The position numbers and the translations under genes were made by a program. A stretch of DNA of 64,000 nt from Eledone cirrhosa (taxonomy: Eukaryota): NCBI GenBank assembly GCA_964016885.1, contig OZ024740.1, positions 380,742,001 to 380,806,000 of the forward strand, written 5' to 3'. The notes below the pieces were generated by a model. It had not been told where the DNA came from and did no database searches. It saw only the letters and a list, made by a program, of their open reading frames with translations. Below are positions 40,932 to 53,399 of this stretch, piece after piece (within the stretch, counting starts at the first letter, position 1; the number at the start of each line of letters is the position of its first letter).

Positions 40932-42511
40932 CCTTGTCTGGCTTTCTGGAGAATAGAGGAAAGGTGTTTCCTCGAAAACCAGTATGACTCTAAAAACCGG
41001 TTTGTCTGTGTGTTTACATACAGAATAGCTGGGTTATTCACAGTAAAGTAACCAGTGAAAGACTTGTTACATCTACATATGTATACGTGTGTGTATTCAT
41101 ATGCACACTAGTATTTCAGTATGCATATGTAGATGTACATTTTTAACTTAATTGTTTAAGCGTCAGTCATACAAAAGTGAGTTACAAACGAAACGAAATT
41201 TAATTTCGTTTCGTTATTTGTTATTATCGTCTCCGCTGAACCGGTGCGTACTCACACTCTATGCAAATTAGTCTGCCCACTACTAATTTTCATAGAAAAA
41301 GCATATAACGATATGTGCTTTTACGATTCTCCAGAAAGGCCGGTAGATAGGTAAATATTGCTGATGAGTTGTAACAACAACGAAACTAGTTCAATATTCC
41401 TTGTCTGGCTTTCTGGAGAATAGAGGAAAGGTGTTTCCTCGAAAACCAGTATGACTCTAAAACCGGTTTGTCTGTGTGTTTACATACAGAATAGCTGGGT
41501 TACTCACAGTAAAGTAACCAGTGAAAGACTTGTTACATCTACATATGTATACGTGTGTGTATTCATATGAACACTAGTATTTCAGTATGCATATGTAGAT
41601 GTACATTTTTAACTTAATTGTTTAAGCGTCAGTCATACAAAAGTGAGTTACAAACGAAACGAAATTTAATTTCGTTTCGTTATTTGTTATTATCGTCTCC
41701 GCTGAACCGGTGCGTACTCACACTCTATGCAAATTAGTCTGCCCACTACTAATTTTCATAGAAAAAGCATATAACGATATGTGCTTTTACGATTCTCCAG
41801 AAAGGCCGGTAGATAGGTAAATATTGCTGATGAGTTGTAACAACAACGAAACTAGTTCAATATTCCTTGTCTGGCTTTCTGGAGAATAGAGGAAAGGTGT
41901 TTCCTCGAAAACCAGTATGACTCTAAAAACCGGTTTGTCTGTGTGTTTACATACAGAATAGCTGGGTTACTCACAGTAAAGTAACCAGTGAAAGACTTGT
42001 TACATCTACATATGTATACGTGTGTGTATTCATATGCACACTAGTATTTCAGTATGCATATGTAGATGTACATTTTTAACTTAATTGTTTAAGCGTCAGT
42101 CATACAAAAGTGAGTTACAAACGAAACGAAATTTAATTTCGTTTCGTTATTTGTTTTTATATATATATATATATTTGATTATATATGTTCTGGCTCGTTA
42201 ATTTATTAACCTGCCATAGAACCACATTGGCATATGGTTGGATAATACATGTGCCCCTATTCGTTTTTTGCGTGTAGGGATATATACTTTATTATTATTA
42301 TTAATCTCCGCCTGGTCGAGATGAAATCTGGTCGTTTGACTGCTGCTATTTATAGTGGTAGTAGATTGATCTTCCTGCCTCCGCCTCTATCTTTGCACTC
42401 GGCACTGGCCAGAATTGCTTCCACATCATTCATTCTCATCTCGGGAACAATTTTGAATAGCGCCAGTTCGTAATTTGAGCTCGGGAATTTTATATTCTCC
42501 GAGTGAGAAGA

Positions 42512-42598
42512 ACCTTCTGACGAGAGTTTATCTTTTCAGTGGAAGCCCGTAATGACTGTCCATTTATTTTTGAGACTCGAAACCGATTCGGTAAAGGT
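42512..42598 (+). ncRNA. Type I hammerhead ribozyme, canonical
   Basis: acctt CTGACGA gagttt..agactc GAA accg-att-cggT A aaggt (GUA site). Confidence 0.85.
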
Positions 42599-42666
42599 AA
42601 CCATAGTAAGTACAGTGAATTTTTTGAAATTTATTTTGAAATTTTTTTCTTATTTGCTAAACCTTG

Positions 42667-42701
<35 letters not shown>

Positions 42702-42821
42702 CGAAGGAAATGTGGTAAGGAACCAGGTGGACCATAACGCACCAAAGTACTCAATACTTATATATATATATATATATTAAAAAGTATCAAATCAGTGTTG
42801 CAGCATATCTACAAACTTTAT

Positions 42822-42914
42822 TTGCATATTACAATTGTTTTGATATCGATCAGCTCAGGGTACAATCAAGACGACAGGGCCCGACTATTTTTCGACATCT
42901 CATCAGATATGCAA
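42822..42914 (-). ncRNA. Decayed type I hammerhead (G12 to A)
   Basis: Minus: ttgcatat CTGATGA gatgtcga..tcgatatc AAAA caattgTA atatgcaa. Confidence 0.65.
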
Positions 42915-43019
42915 GCTTATATGTGCAAATACACATATATTGTATGTATATTTATACATGTATAGTATACATATAAATATATATATATACATATATTCAT
43001 ATATATATATATATACGTG

Positions 43020-43093
<74 letters not shown>

Positions 43094-43545
43094 ATAAAGT
43101 GGAATTGCGTTATTTATTAAGGATAGTTCCACGGTTTGTTAAATATAAGAAAAACGCAAGTAGTCAATGTGACACAAAGAATATTTCCTCGCACATATAC
43201 ATTGAGGAGGTAAAGGAACTAAACATAAAACAAAAAAAAAAGAACCAAAACGGACCTATGACGTATTTCAATGATTAAATCCGGTGAAACTTAATAGTTA
43301 AATTTATAGGACGTTGACATTTTATTTTTTTTTGCTTTCAGTAGGCAATGCACTTAAAGAAACATTTGACGGTGAAGTCGTTGCAAAAGACTTCGAAACA
43401 CGTTTGATGCGCTATTCTGTGTAACGTTATGAATATTTAAGACTTTTCCTCAAACTCTAAGATCCATAACAAAGCTAATCATTTTTCAAAAGACAAAAAT
43501 CTATAGGATTAGACGCATCTACAGTTTCAGTAATGTTGAAATGAT

Positions 43546-43578
<33 letters not shown>

Positions 43579-43694
43579 ATATATATGTATGTATATATAT
43601 ATATGTATATATGTATATATGTATATATATATATACATATATAAATATACATATATATATATACATATATATATACATATATATATACATATAT

Positions 43695-46232
43695 ATCATC
43701 ATCATCATCATCATCATCAACGTTTAACGTCCGTGTTCCACGCTTGCATGGGTTTGGACGGGGGTAGTCCCACTTGAGGCAAGAGTGATTGTCTTGCTCG
43801 CATAGGACTGTCTGGCAGGTTTTCTACAGTTGGATGCCCTTCCTAACACCAACCACATTTACAGTGTGGGTCTGGGAGGTTTTTACCGTGTTGCCTACAC
43901 GGCCACATTACAGCGTGGACTGTGTGTTTTTTTGTCGTGACACCTACACGATCTCATTTGTTTCGGCCTGGATGGCGCGGCACCAACATAACTTTACATA
44001 GAACGGGGTGGTGTGGATGGGGTGGGGGTGGTGGCGGGACGGGGTGTATTTTGTTAGAGATGCCTACTGGCAAGGCGGGTCTTCTCTGTTACTGAGTACC
44101 GCCAAAGGTCTCGGTCCAGTGACATTGTCTTGGAGAGGTGTAAGTGTGTGAGGTCGGAGTTTATCAGCTCATCCCATGTTTTTCTAGGTCTGCCTATTCC
44201 GTGGCTACCGTCTATCTTTATTGCCCTGCACTTTGTTATACAGCTATCGACTTTCATGCGCATCACGTGTCCATACCAACGCAGCCTTCTCTCGAGTAAA
44301 CAACATCTGATCCCTCTTATCTCTAATTTTTTCCTTAGTTCGTTTATGCTTTGCCGTTCACGTATATTACTGTTACACATCCAGCGGAGCATGCAAGCTT
44401 CGTTCCTCTCTAGTCTGCGTATATCCTCTGCACACAATGCCCAGGTCTCACTACCATGCAACATTGCTGTTCGTATGCAGGCATCGTACAACCTGCCTCT
44501 CATTTTTAGGGAGAACCCTTTAGCAGCTAATAGTGGTATAAGCTCTCTGAACTTTTTCCAACCAGTTCTGACTCTAGCTACAGTACTTTCAGAGCACCCT
44601 CCCCCACTGCTGATTTTATCGCCCAGGTAACGGAAGCTGTCCACTATTTCTATAGAACCCTCTGCGCAATTGAAAGAGCTAGTATTTTGTGGGCACTTGC
44701 TGCTACTTATTGCACCAGAACACCGGCCACATGTAAAATCTATGTTCTTAGTTAGCTTACCTGTGATCCCACTACATCTTTTATGCACCCATACTTTGCA
44801 TTTAGGACATAAAATGGAGTTTCTACCTACGCCTTTCCTACACACCGAGCACGACCATTTCCCAGAAGGGACCGCCGCCTTGTTTTCTTTCCTACAAACT
44901 AGAACTTTGGTCTTAGCCAGGTTAATTTTAAGTCCTTTTGACTCTAGGCCGTGCTTGCATGTTTGGAATTTCTTCTCTAGCTCGGCCATTGATTCCGCTA
45001 TGAGTGTCAGGTCGTCTGCGTATAGGAGTTCCCATGGGCAGCCTGTCTTGAACTCCTCTGTTATAGCCTGAAGGGCAATAATAAATAGTAGGGGGCTGAG
45101 AACAGAGCCCTGATGGACGCCAACTTTTACGCTAAACTCTTCACTATATTCGTTGTTAATTCTAACCTTGCTGACTGTTTCTTTATACATGGCTTGTATA
45201 GCCCTCACAAGCCATTCGTCAACGCCTAGTTTTCTAAGAGCCCACCAGATAATGGAGCGGGGGACTCTGTCGAAGGCTTTCTCCAGGTCGACAAAAGCTA
45301 GGTACTTCTCCTGTAGTTGTCGTACTATGAAAAGAGCGTCTGTGGTGCTTTTGCCCGACACAAACCCGAACTGCATTTCATCTAGGTCAATTCTCTCTCT
45401 GATTAGTTGCGCTATTACTTTTTCCGTGACCTTCATGACCTGGTCGATTAATTTAATGCCTCTATAGTTACTCCTATCTAGGGCGTCTCCTTTACCCTTA
45501 TAACAGTTAACGATGATGCTGCTATGCCAGTCCTTCGGAACAACCCCATTCTGTACGACTTGGTTAACTATGCGGGTGACCATGGTGTGTCCCACCGTGC
45601 CAGATGCCTTCAGCATCTCAGCAACTATTTCCGAAGGCCCAGCCGCCTTACCCGTCTTCATATCCTTGATTGCCTTACTTATTATACTCCCCTCGACTAA
45701 CACTGCTGGTCCCTCTATCGGGTCGATATGGGGGAGACTGTCTTTCTCCCATTTATTCTCCTCATTTAGTAGCCTTTCATAGTGACACTTCCAAGCTACC
45801 TTCTTATCAGTGTCGGTGATGGCAAGTATGCCATCATCGTTAAGTACACACTTCTCCCCGACAATATCACGGTTTTCCTTGACGCATTGCCTGGCAATCC
45901 TGAACACCTCACGTTTTTGGTCATCGCGTTGTAGAACATGCTTGAACTTTCTTTCCTCAGCTTCCCTTCTTGCTAAGTACACTTCTCTCCTAGCTTCCCT
46001 CCTGGCCACTTGATAGTCTACTCTACTTCCCCCATCCCGCCATACTTTCCAAGCCTGCTTTTTGGCCTTAATTGACCCCTCCACCCTACTGTTCCACCAC
46101 CATGTTACTCTCCTCCTGCCTACAGGCCTGCTCCAGCCACAGACTTCGTCTGTCGCCAACAGCAGGTTTGCTTTCAGAAATTCCCACTGTCCCTCTATAT
46201 TGTCCGATTCTAGATGCTCTTCCTTACTGTCG
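43695..46232 (-). mobile_element. 5'-truncated RTE-clade LINE with 3' UTR and (GAT)n tail
   Basis: RT ORF, about 335-bp 3' UTR, (ATC)8 on plus strand at 43695-43718, 5' end abuts (TA)n. Confidence 0.9.
44054..46159 (-). CDS. RTE LINE reverse transcriptase (N-terminally truncated, no APE domain) with inserted PHD-like zinc finger
   Basis: KAAGPSEI, NYRGIKL, QFGF, FVDLEKAFD, GVHQGSVLSPLLF, LLYADD, FRYLG, RRLRWYGHVMR, GRPRKTW; CSVC..CPKC..HKRC..CGRC insert; frame open to about 46231. Confidence 0.88.
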   Translation of the reverse strand: MATDEVCGWSRPVGRRRVTWWWNSRVEGSIKAKKQAWKVWRDGGSRVDYQVARREARREVYLARREAEERKFKHVLQRDDQKREVFRIARQCVKENRDIVGEKCVLNDDGILAITDTDKKVAWKCHYERLLNEENKWEKDSLPHIDPIEGPAVLVEGSIISKAIKDMKTGKAAGPSEIVAEMLKASGTVGHTMVTRIVNQVVQNGVVPKDWHSSIIVNCYKGKGDALDRSNYRGIKLIDQVMKVTEKVIAQLIRERIDLDEMQFGFVSGKSTTDALFIVRQLQEKYLAFVDLEKAFDRVPRSIIWWALRKLGVDEWLVRAIQAMYKETVSKVRINNEYSEEFSVKVGVHQGSVLSPLLFIIALQAITEEFKTGCPWELLYADDLTLIAESMAELEKKFQTCKHGLESKGLKINLAKTKVLVCRKENKAAVPSGKWSCSVCRKGVGRNSILCPKCKVWVHKRCSGITGKLTKNIDFTCGRCSGAISSSKCPQNTSSFNCAEGSIEIVDSFRYLGDKISSGGGCSESTVARVRTGWKKFRELIPLLAAKGFSLKMRGRLYDACIRTAMLHGSETWALCAEDIRRLERNEACMLRWMCNSNIRERQSINELRKKLEIRGIRCCLLERRLRWYGHVMRMKVDSCITKCRAIKIDGSHGIGRPRKTWDELINSDLTHLHLSKTMSLDRDLWRYSVTEKTRLASRHL

Positions 46233-46244
46233 AATATATATATA

Positions 46245-46313
<69 letters not shown>

Positions 46314-46428
46314 AGATAAGCAGAACAGGTAAAAATTCAATCAATTTTTCAAAATAAATCAAAATTAATATACAATCAAAATTAATCAAAATTAAAAAAT
46401 ATAATATAAATATTTACCTATTCTAATG

Positions 46429-46509
46429 GCCCTAACTGTACAGTTTCACGGTGCAAAACATTAAATATCACCAGGATATTAATGGAAAAGCAACGATCAT
46501 CAGAGAAGC
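46429..46509 (-). ncRNA. Type I hammerhead ribozyme
   Basis: Minus: gcttct CTGATGA tcgttgc..gcaccgt GAA actg-ta-cagT T agggc; weak stem I. Confidence 0.6.
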
Positions 46510-46804
46510 ATTTTCCTATCCTAGGGTTAAAAACCCCAGGAACGACAAAATACATGACCTCACTCCAACTAATACAGGTCTAAAAGGTCGTGAAAGTGAC
46601 CCGTAAATACATTGGTGCATAGTGAAGGCGGGAAATCGTAGACTCGCCGTCTATAGCTCGCCACTAAAAAAAAGATTTTTAGTAACTAAATATAACGACA
46701 AAATTTGCATCTCTACATATGGAGATTATTGAAAAAGGTTAATATATATCTGAGGGTACAATGTACCCCCGGAAATATATAGTGTGTCTATGATTTAAGG
46801 TGGT

Positions 46805-46838
<34 letters not shown>

Positions 46839-46868
46839 TACATATATATATATATACATATATATATG

Positions 46869-46900
<32 letters not shown>

Positions 46901-46926
46901 CATATATATATGTATATATATATATA

Positions 46927-47009
<83 letters not shown>

Positions 47010-47478
47010 ATATATATATATACATATATATGTCTTTGTGTGCATGTGTGTGTATGTGTTTGTGTGTGTGTACATATACATATCGAAAGATTAGAAACGT
47101 GAAACGGTAATGGAAGTTTCCAATTTTTGATATAGTATTCAATATTAATATTGTTCACCTTAGTTAAATATTTTATCACAGAGATTCACAATTCCACAGT
47201 TGATAACTCCTATGATTTTTATGTCCATCAAATTTAAACAAACAGACAGAATGAATCTTTAATATATCACATAAATAATCAAGGAAAACTTGAACTATAA
47301 AATGCATCAACAAAATAAGATGGAATGGGCCCATGTTGGTTTCAGCGATGTGTATTCCAGCCTGCTCCTGACAGTAACGTGTACATGGCTAACTATTCCA
47401 CGGACTCGTGTCTCCTTAGCGTGTATTATACAATATTGTTCTCTTCGTTCTAATCTTTCCAATGCTTTATATGTTGAA

Positions 47479-48191
47479 CCAGCAGAAAAGCCACCCTTCG
47501 GGTAGTTTTCTGCTAGCATGTGTAGTGTGCATATTGATATTATACGCAAATATACATGCATACGTCAAATAAAATATACATGCATACGTCAAATAAAATA
47601 TACATGCATACGTCAAATAAAATATACATGCATACGTCAAATAAAATATACATGCATACGTCAAATAAAATATACATGCATACGTCAAATAAAATATACA
47701 TGCATACGTCAAATAAAATATACATGCATACGTCAAAGAAAATCGTAATTGACAATTTGAACAGAAATTGAAGAGAGACTGTATTATACTCTCTTCTGTA
47801 ATCAGTAAGGTAATCCATGATACATTTAAAAAAGACGATATTATATATAAACTGCAAATGTAATGAAAACGAAAAAGGAGAAAATTACCTACGGAAATAT
47901 AAACGTTATGATATAACGATGCAAATATATGAACGTTTGTATAAGCGATGTGATATCGCGGCCGTTATATCTAAATCGGATGTATTGACATTTGAAAATG
48001 TTAAAAGAAGTGAATCAAGCAATCATTATATTTAAGAATATTTATGTTTAATCAACAGCTACGAAATATGGGAGATTAATTACATAATATTCATTCATGA
48101 TTTATTCAAAGTAATCCAACTTATTTTAATAACGTATTCAAAAAAATATCCCGGATACAATCCCGCAGTCCTCCAATCAATATATATAAGA
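47479..48191 (-). mobile_element. Non-autonomous Helitron-like element containing a minisatellite
   Basis: Minus strand starts TC (tcttatatata), ends hairpin + CTGG|T; homolog of 1858-2218. Confidence 0.62.
47548..47737. repeat. 24-bp minisatellite x8
   Basis: aaatatacatgcatacgtcaaata repeated without spacers. Confidence 0.95.
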
Positions 48192-50012
48192 GGTCGGTCT
48201 ATTTTTATGGGTTTGAGGACGGGGAAAAATTCGTATATTTCGGAAATAATAGTGTGTACGTATGTATGTAGATATGTATGTATGTATGCATGAGGTGGGC
48301 AATAGTAACAGCATGAACCAGCCGTACAGTAGGACACGGTGTGTGATAAGGCTAACCCATTGCATTACAGATGCAGTCCACCCGACGGGTATCTCCAAAC
48401 AGTTTGCTTCTACTCAGTTTCATACACAAAGTGTGAGTATATCCGAGGTTATAGTAATCAACACCTACTCAAGATTCCAAGCAGTAAACTTAGAACTTCA
48501 TAATTACAATGCAAAATTTTTAAATAATCTACCATGCTGTATCCATACAAAATAGGATAATAAAACATTCATGGAACATCAATCAAACAAACGTTGGGAG
48601 GATAAATGGACATTTCAGAATATTTTGGGTGTGGAGGGTGGAAAAAATATCTAGCAATGAATACATGATTATTGGAACATAATAAAACTTGCTCATATCT
48701 GGTAACTGAGTTCCAACCATAATGTGCTATAGAAAACCATAAAAACCACTAAAATATCATTTGTCATTTAACGAATATTTGATAGTCTCCGTTAACTTCC
48801 ATTTTTTATATTAGTTTTCTATTGAACCTTCTAACTATTAACTCGAAACCGTCTAACCATGGTAGTTTTTCTCATTCGAAGACATGGAAGTCAACACTGC
48901 AAATCTATGAAATGCTTTTACAGTTATAAGCAATACATACTTAGATTTATACAGTATGGCATTAACCCTTAAATTTCTTCCACAGGGACAATAAGCTGTG
49001 CCACAAACAGGAAACGAACTCTAATGTCGACCAGTAGTCTAGTTCTTCGATACCCATTCGAATCAGCCACTTGCCTTCTCGAGAAGTCCGTAACGTCCCG
49101 GCTTCATTACAACAACCCTTGCGGTAAACGTTAGAAAACTGTTCCTATAATTAAATATCTTATCGAAACGCATAATTAACCGTAAGTTGTGAGGTATAAA
49201 AAGATAAAATCTCGAGATAAAAGCAAGTTTAAGTAATTAAAAAAAGCCCATTAAAACAAAGATATGCGACCTATATTCACTAGCCAGCTGTAGTTATACT
49301 CCTTCAGTAGATAAACCGCGTTAATAGTTAAAACTGGAACACTTTAATAATAGTTATTCTCGTTCGGGTCTTAAGTTGAAACAACAACACTAACAAGGAA
49401 TATACTTGATTGACATATAATTTGCTTAATACAGATAATTAACAAAACATGTGTAATCGTCGTTCAAATATAAATTCGAGTTGATTTCATTTATGATTTT
49501 TTCCAACAATTTTGCTGAAACAATTTCAATCCCATGGACCATAATACGATTCATTACTATTTTTAGTGGAAAATGTGGGATCAGTTCCAAAGAACAGAAC
49601 CTATTATATTAAGGGTAGAAAAAGCAGTAAAAAGCAGAAAGAGACAACACACCTGGGGGATAAAGGTAACCCCTTTTAAATGTGATCGAATCGTCTTTAT
49701 GTAAAGCAGCAGAACTGCACCATATATAGTGAACTAGGTGATTGCAGCCAATGGTATATCGCATTATTTTATTTTTTGGTTTAATTTGAAGAAAGCAAGG
49801 ACAATTATATTCATAGGTACTCAAAGACTGTAGCTTGATTTTTCATTTTGAAATTTCTAAATCCGAATCTTTCGAAAAAATGATGCTTGAAAGGGAAATC
49901 CAGAAATTAAGGATTTGGAAAAAGTGATTAATACACTTTCAAGATAAAACACAATAGGCCAGAAGAGAGGTGAAAGCATGGATGTGACCTGCCAAAATGT
50001 GGAGACTCTACA

Positions 50013-50199
50013 TAATTGTTTCTACTTTAGGCACAAGGCCAGCAATTACCCAGTGCATTACTGGTACTTTATTTTATCGACCCCATTTAAGGATGAAAGG
50101 CAAAGTCAACCTCGGCGGGATTTGAACTCAGATCGTAAAAGGACGTAACTATGCTGGAAAGCATGGCGTCCGACCCTCTACTGATACTGCCAATCCACC
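50013..50199 (-). mobile_element. tRNA-derived SINE, family 1
   Basis: Near-identical to 56585-56768. Confidence 0.88.
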
Positions 50200-51522
50200 T
50201 ACATAATGAAAGCCAAAACCATTTTCACAAGAGCAGTGGGTGGGAAATCTCCCCGTTGGACGGGGAGAGTTGACAGGTCTGGGTGAGGTGATATTCAACA
50301 AATTAATTCGCACGAGAAAGGAGCATGGAAGAGAGATAGAAAAATATCGCTTCTGTAATCACGATGTCCTGCATTTTTGACTGAATATTTGCTAATCATC
50401 ATGATAGCTTTATTATGGATGAGATCTGGGATGTTTATATGTTGCAGCAGTACCATCCTTCACGCTGTGTTAGGTATTACTTGATCTTTGAAGTGCGTCA
50501 CCTATTGATCAGTGCCAGTATTTTCTGTCCCTGAAGAAGAAGACAATTATTTTAAATGCAACTTTAGCCATATTGTGTATATGGGCTCCTAACGACACAT
50601 TATTGGACATAACAATTTTGAAAGTTTTAGCAGCAAGTTGTCCAAGAATAGACAAAATGAAGTACTGTATTTGTTCCTCAGAATGCGCACTGCACCTTGA
50701 TGCTGTTCAAAGAGACCTGAACTGATCCCTTTGTGAGGCCTTCTGTAAAGAGCTTAGATGTTTCATAAGATGCTGCATTGTTTTTAATTACATAATACAT
50801 TTAATCTAATCATCATTAATTTTTAATGTCATTAAACGGTCAATTTATATAATGATTTACGAATTTAATATTCATAATTAAATTCTAATATTTGTAATTA
50901 CGTATTTTCATAAATTTAATAACATTATCTCTAATGTGGTCTTATTAGATTACACATAATTCAATAAGACCTTCAAATGTAACAAATTCCAGTCCCTGAA
51001 GGAGATTGTCATGTTTTAGAAAATGTTTTCGAAGTCATAGTTTCTGGAGGAAGTCTGGCATGTAAATAACTCCTAAATATAGAAAGTTGGGATGAAGTGA
51101 AAAATGATATATGTATGGGACGGAGAAATCTTGGGTATAACAGCAAACAGATATGTTATATGTACAAGAGGAAGATTGTGAGAAATATAACAGAAGCGTA
51201 GAGTATACTGGAGCTGAGAAGATTGTGAAGTGCAATTCAATAGGCAACTCCATCTCCAAGAGTTGAGGGGGTGACTGGATTTTACAGGTAGGCGGCTGAG
51301 CTATATATTTCCTCGTCAAATAATTCTAATGTTTAGGAGACTCAACATAACTGTACTGACAAGGTATAAACAACTACCACCTTAGTTTATTATGAATCTA
51401 AAAACAAACATCCAACTATTTGGATGTTAGTTTTTAGACATTAAAAGAAATGCCTTATTTAACCTAATAATTCGATTTTGGTAGTTCGGGGGCTGTCGGG
51501 CAAACATTTGACGATGACGAAA

Positions 51523-51649
<127 letters not shown>

Positions 51650-51860
51650 TTTTAGTGGCTAAACCACAGTGACTCTGGATATAATCGGCTACAATTAATA
51701 ATTTTGGAGCTTTATGCCAATGCACCTTGTGGATTGTCTCTTTTTTTACCACTAGTCGCTGGCCTCTGTCCTCCAAGGCATTTTTTCCCATCGCTCTCTT
51801 TGACAGCATTTAGCTGTTTTAACGGCTCTTCTAGCGTAGCGATGAGTTTTCTCGGTATAC

Positions 51861-51906
<46 letters not shown>

Positions 51907-52698
51907 TAAATTAAATTAATATTTGATGAACATTTACATGTTATAGTTGCAATTGACTAATAAGATCGCTAGAGTGAAAAATCTTAATTCAACAACATAA
52001 GGTCTGCCTGTACGATCTAGAAAATAATAAATCAATACTCACAGACTCATATGGGCAAAAAGCCTTGGTACCTAGACACGTTTAAAATTCAAAATACAAA
52101 CTTTTTCCGCAGATCGATCAGAACTTCAAACTTCAAACATGTTTCACAAAGGATGGTATAATAGTAAAATAATTAACTAATTAGCAGTGAGTTAATCAAC
52201 TTTTTCTGTGTTTATCAATAGGTACCCAGATAAAAATAAAATAACTCAACCTCAGAAAGATATCTAAGGTCTGGTTAGCGTAGCGAAAATACACGAGGTT
52301 TTGCACACGGCTTATTCCAGTCCTCTAACGTCCCACACATAGTGCTAGAAATAACAGCCGTTTATATGGGATTACAAAATTCAGCTCACCTATATATACA
52401 TGTGTGTGTGTGTGTATTCTCATACATTTGCACCAGTTTTATGTACATTTACATATATGTACACAAGTACAATAACAACAAACACATATAAGCACACACT
52501 AGTGAACAAAGATAGAATACAAAAACAAAAACACATACACTCAAAAGCGAACACACACACGCAAATGCATGCGCAGAGACAGAGACAAGATGAAATCAAT
52601 AAATAAATAAAAATAAAAATGGCGTAGACATACAATGGGAGGAAACATAATAGTACCACTGATTATGTTGCAGATGTGCAACGAAAGAACTTTGATAG

Positions 52699-52759
<61 letters not shown>

Positions 52760-52763
<4 letters not shown>

Positions 52764-52926
52764 ATAATAATAAATTTGAAGACTAAAATCCAAAGAGGGC
52801 TCGATAAGGATAAATATTTATCAGATATATAAGAACCGTAGAGCAAATAGAGTTTAGTTTCAGAAGATCCCGTTAAGGGTGAAAGCAGCGATTCTTTGCT
52901 TAAACTTTAATCTGTTATTTTAATAA

Positions 52927-52930
<4 letters not shown>
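52760..52930. mobile_element. PLE-B terminal fragment, inverted non-overlapping pair
   Basis: Minus tail 52760-52849 then plus arm with HHR-like motif 52856-52906 ending ttttaataaata. Confidence 0.85.
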
Positions 52931-52965
<35 letters not shown>

Positions 52966-53120
52966 TGCATTTTTAACAGCTGGTCAAACAATAATAAACA
53001 TTGATTGCCAAATAAATTAACTGTGGAGATATAAAAAATACAGAAGCGAAAACCAACCAAACAGTGAGTGAGTTCAGTTGTTATTTCTGGCAATATTATA
53101 ACAATATGACCCTCCCCAAG

Positions 53121-53161
<41 letters not shown>

Positions 53162-53167
53162 ATATGT

Positions 53168-53200
<33 letters not shown>

Positions 53201-53399
53201 AGAGTGTGTACATACACACATATGTACACACTGAAACAAATAATCACTCGTAAATCATAACATAAACACATACTTGCAGTCATGCTTGAGGGTGGGGGAT
53301 TAATAGAATTTTCTTTAGCATTTCTCAAAAGGAAACTATATTTTGTTATTTGACATAATTCCAGATATTTTTACGCAATAAGCAACCCTCATTGCACCT

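Larger units (their letters stand above)
38515..42160. mobile_element. 467-bp HHR-containing tandem array in two divergent arms (retrozyme-like non-autonomous element)
   Basis: Unit starts at 38515, 38982, 39449, 39915, 40382; inversion centre 40531-40540; about 3.5 inverted units to 42160; one HHR per unit; TA flanks; no ORF. Confidence 0.9.

Noticed and set aside
38515-42160. Array as centromeric satellite or pure assembly artefact
   Set aside because: Only about 8 units, HHR per unit, TA flanks, unequal termini and arm-specific variants; artefact not fully excluded without reads
44130-46013. Plus-strand ORFs overlapping the LINE
   Set aside because: Antisense shadows of the RT ORF
47548-47737. 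24-bp repeats as CRISPR array
   Set aside because: No spacers, eukaryotic context, no cas genes
50450-50770. Possible Cys-rich transposase C-terminus (WAPNDTLLDI..CICSSEC)
   Set aside because: Too degenerate to assign by eye
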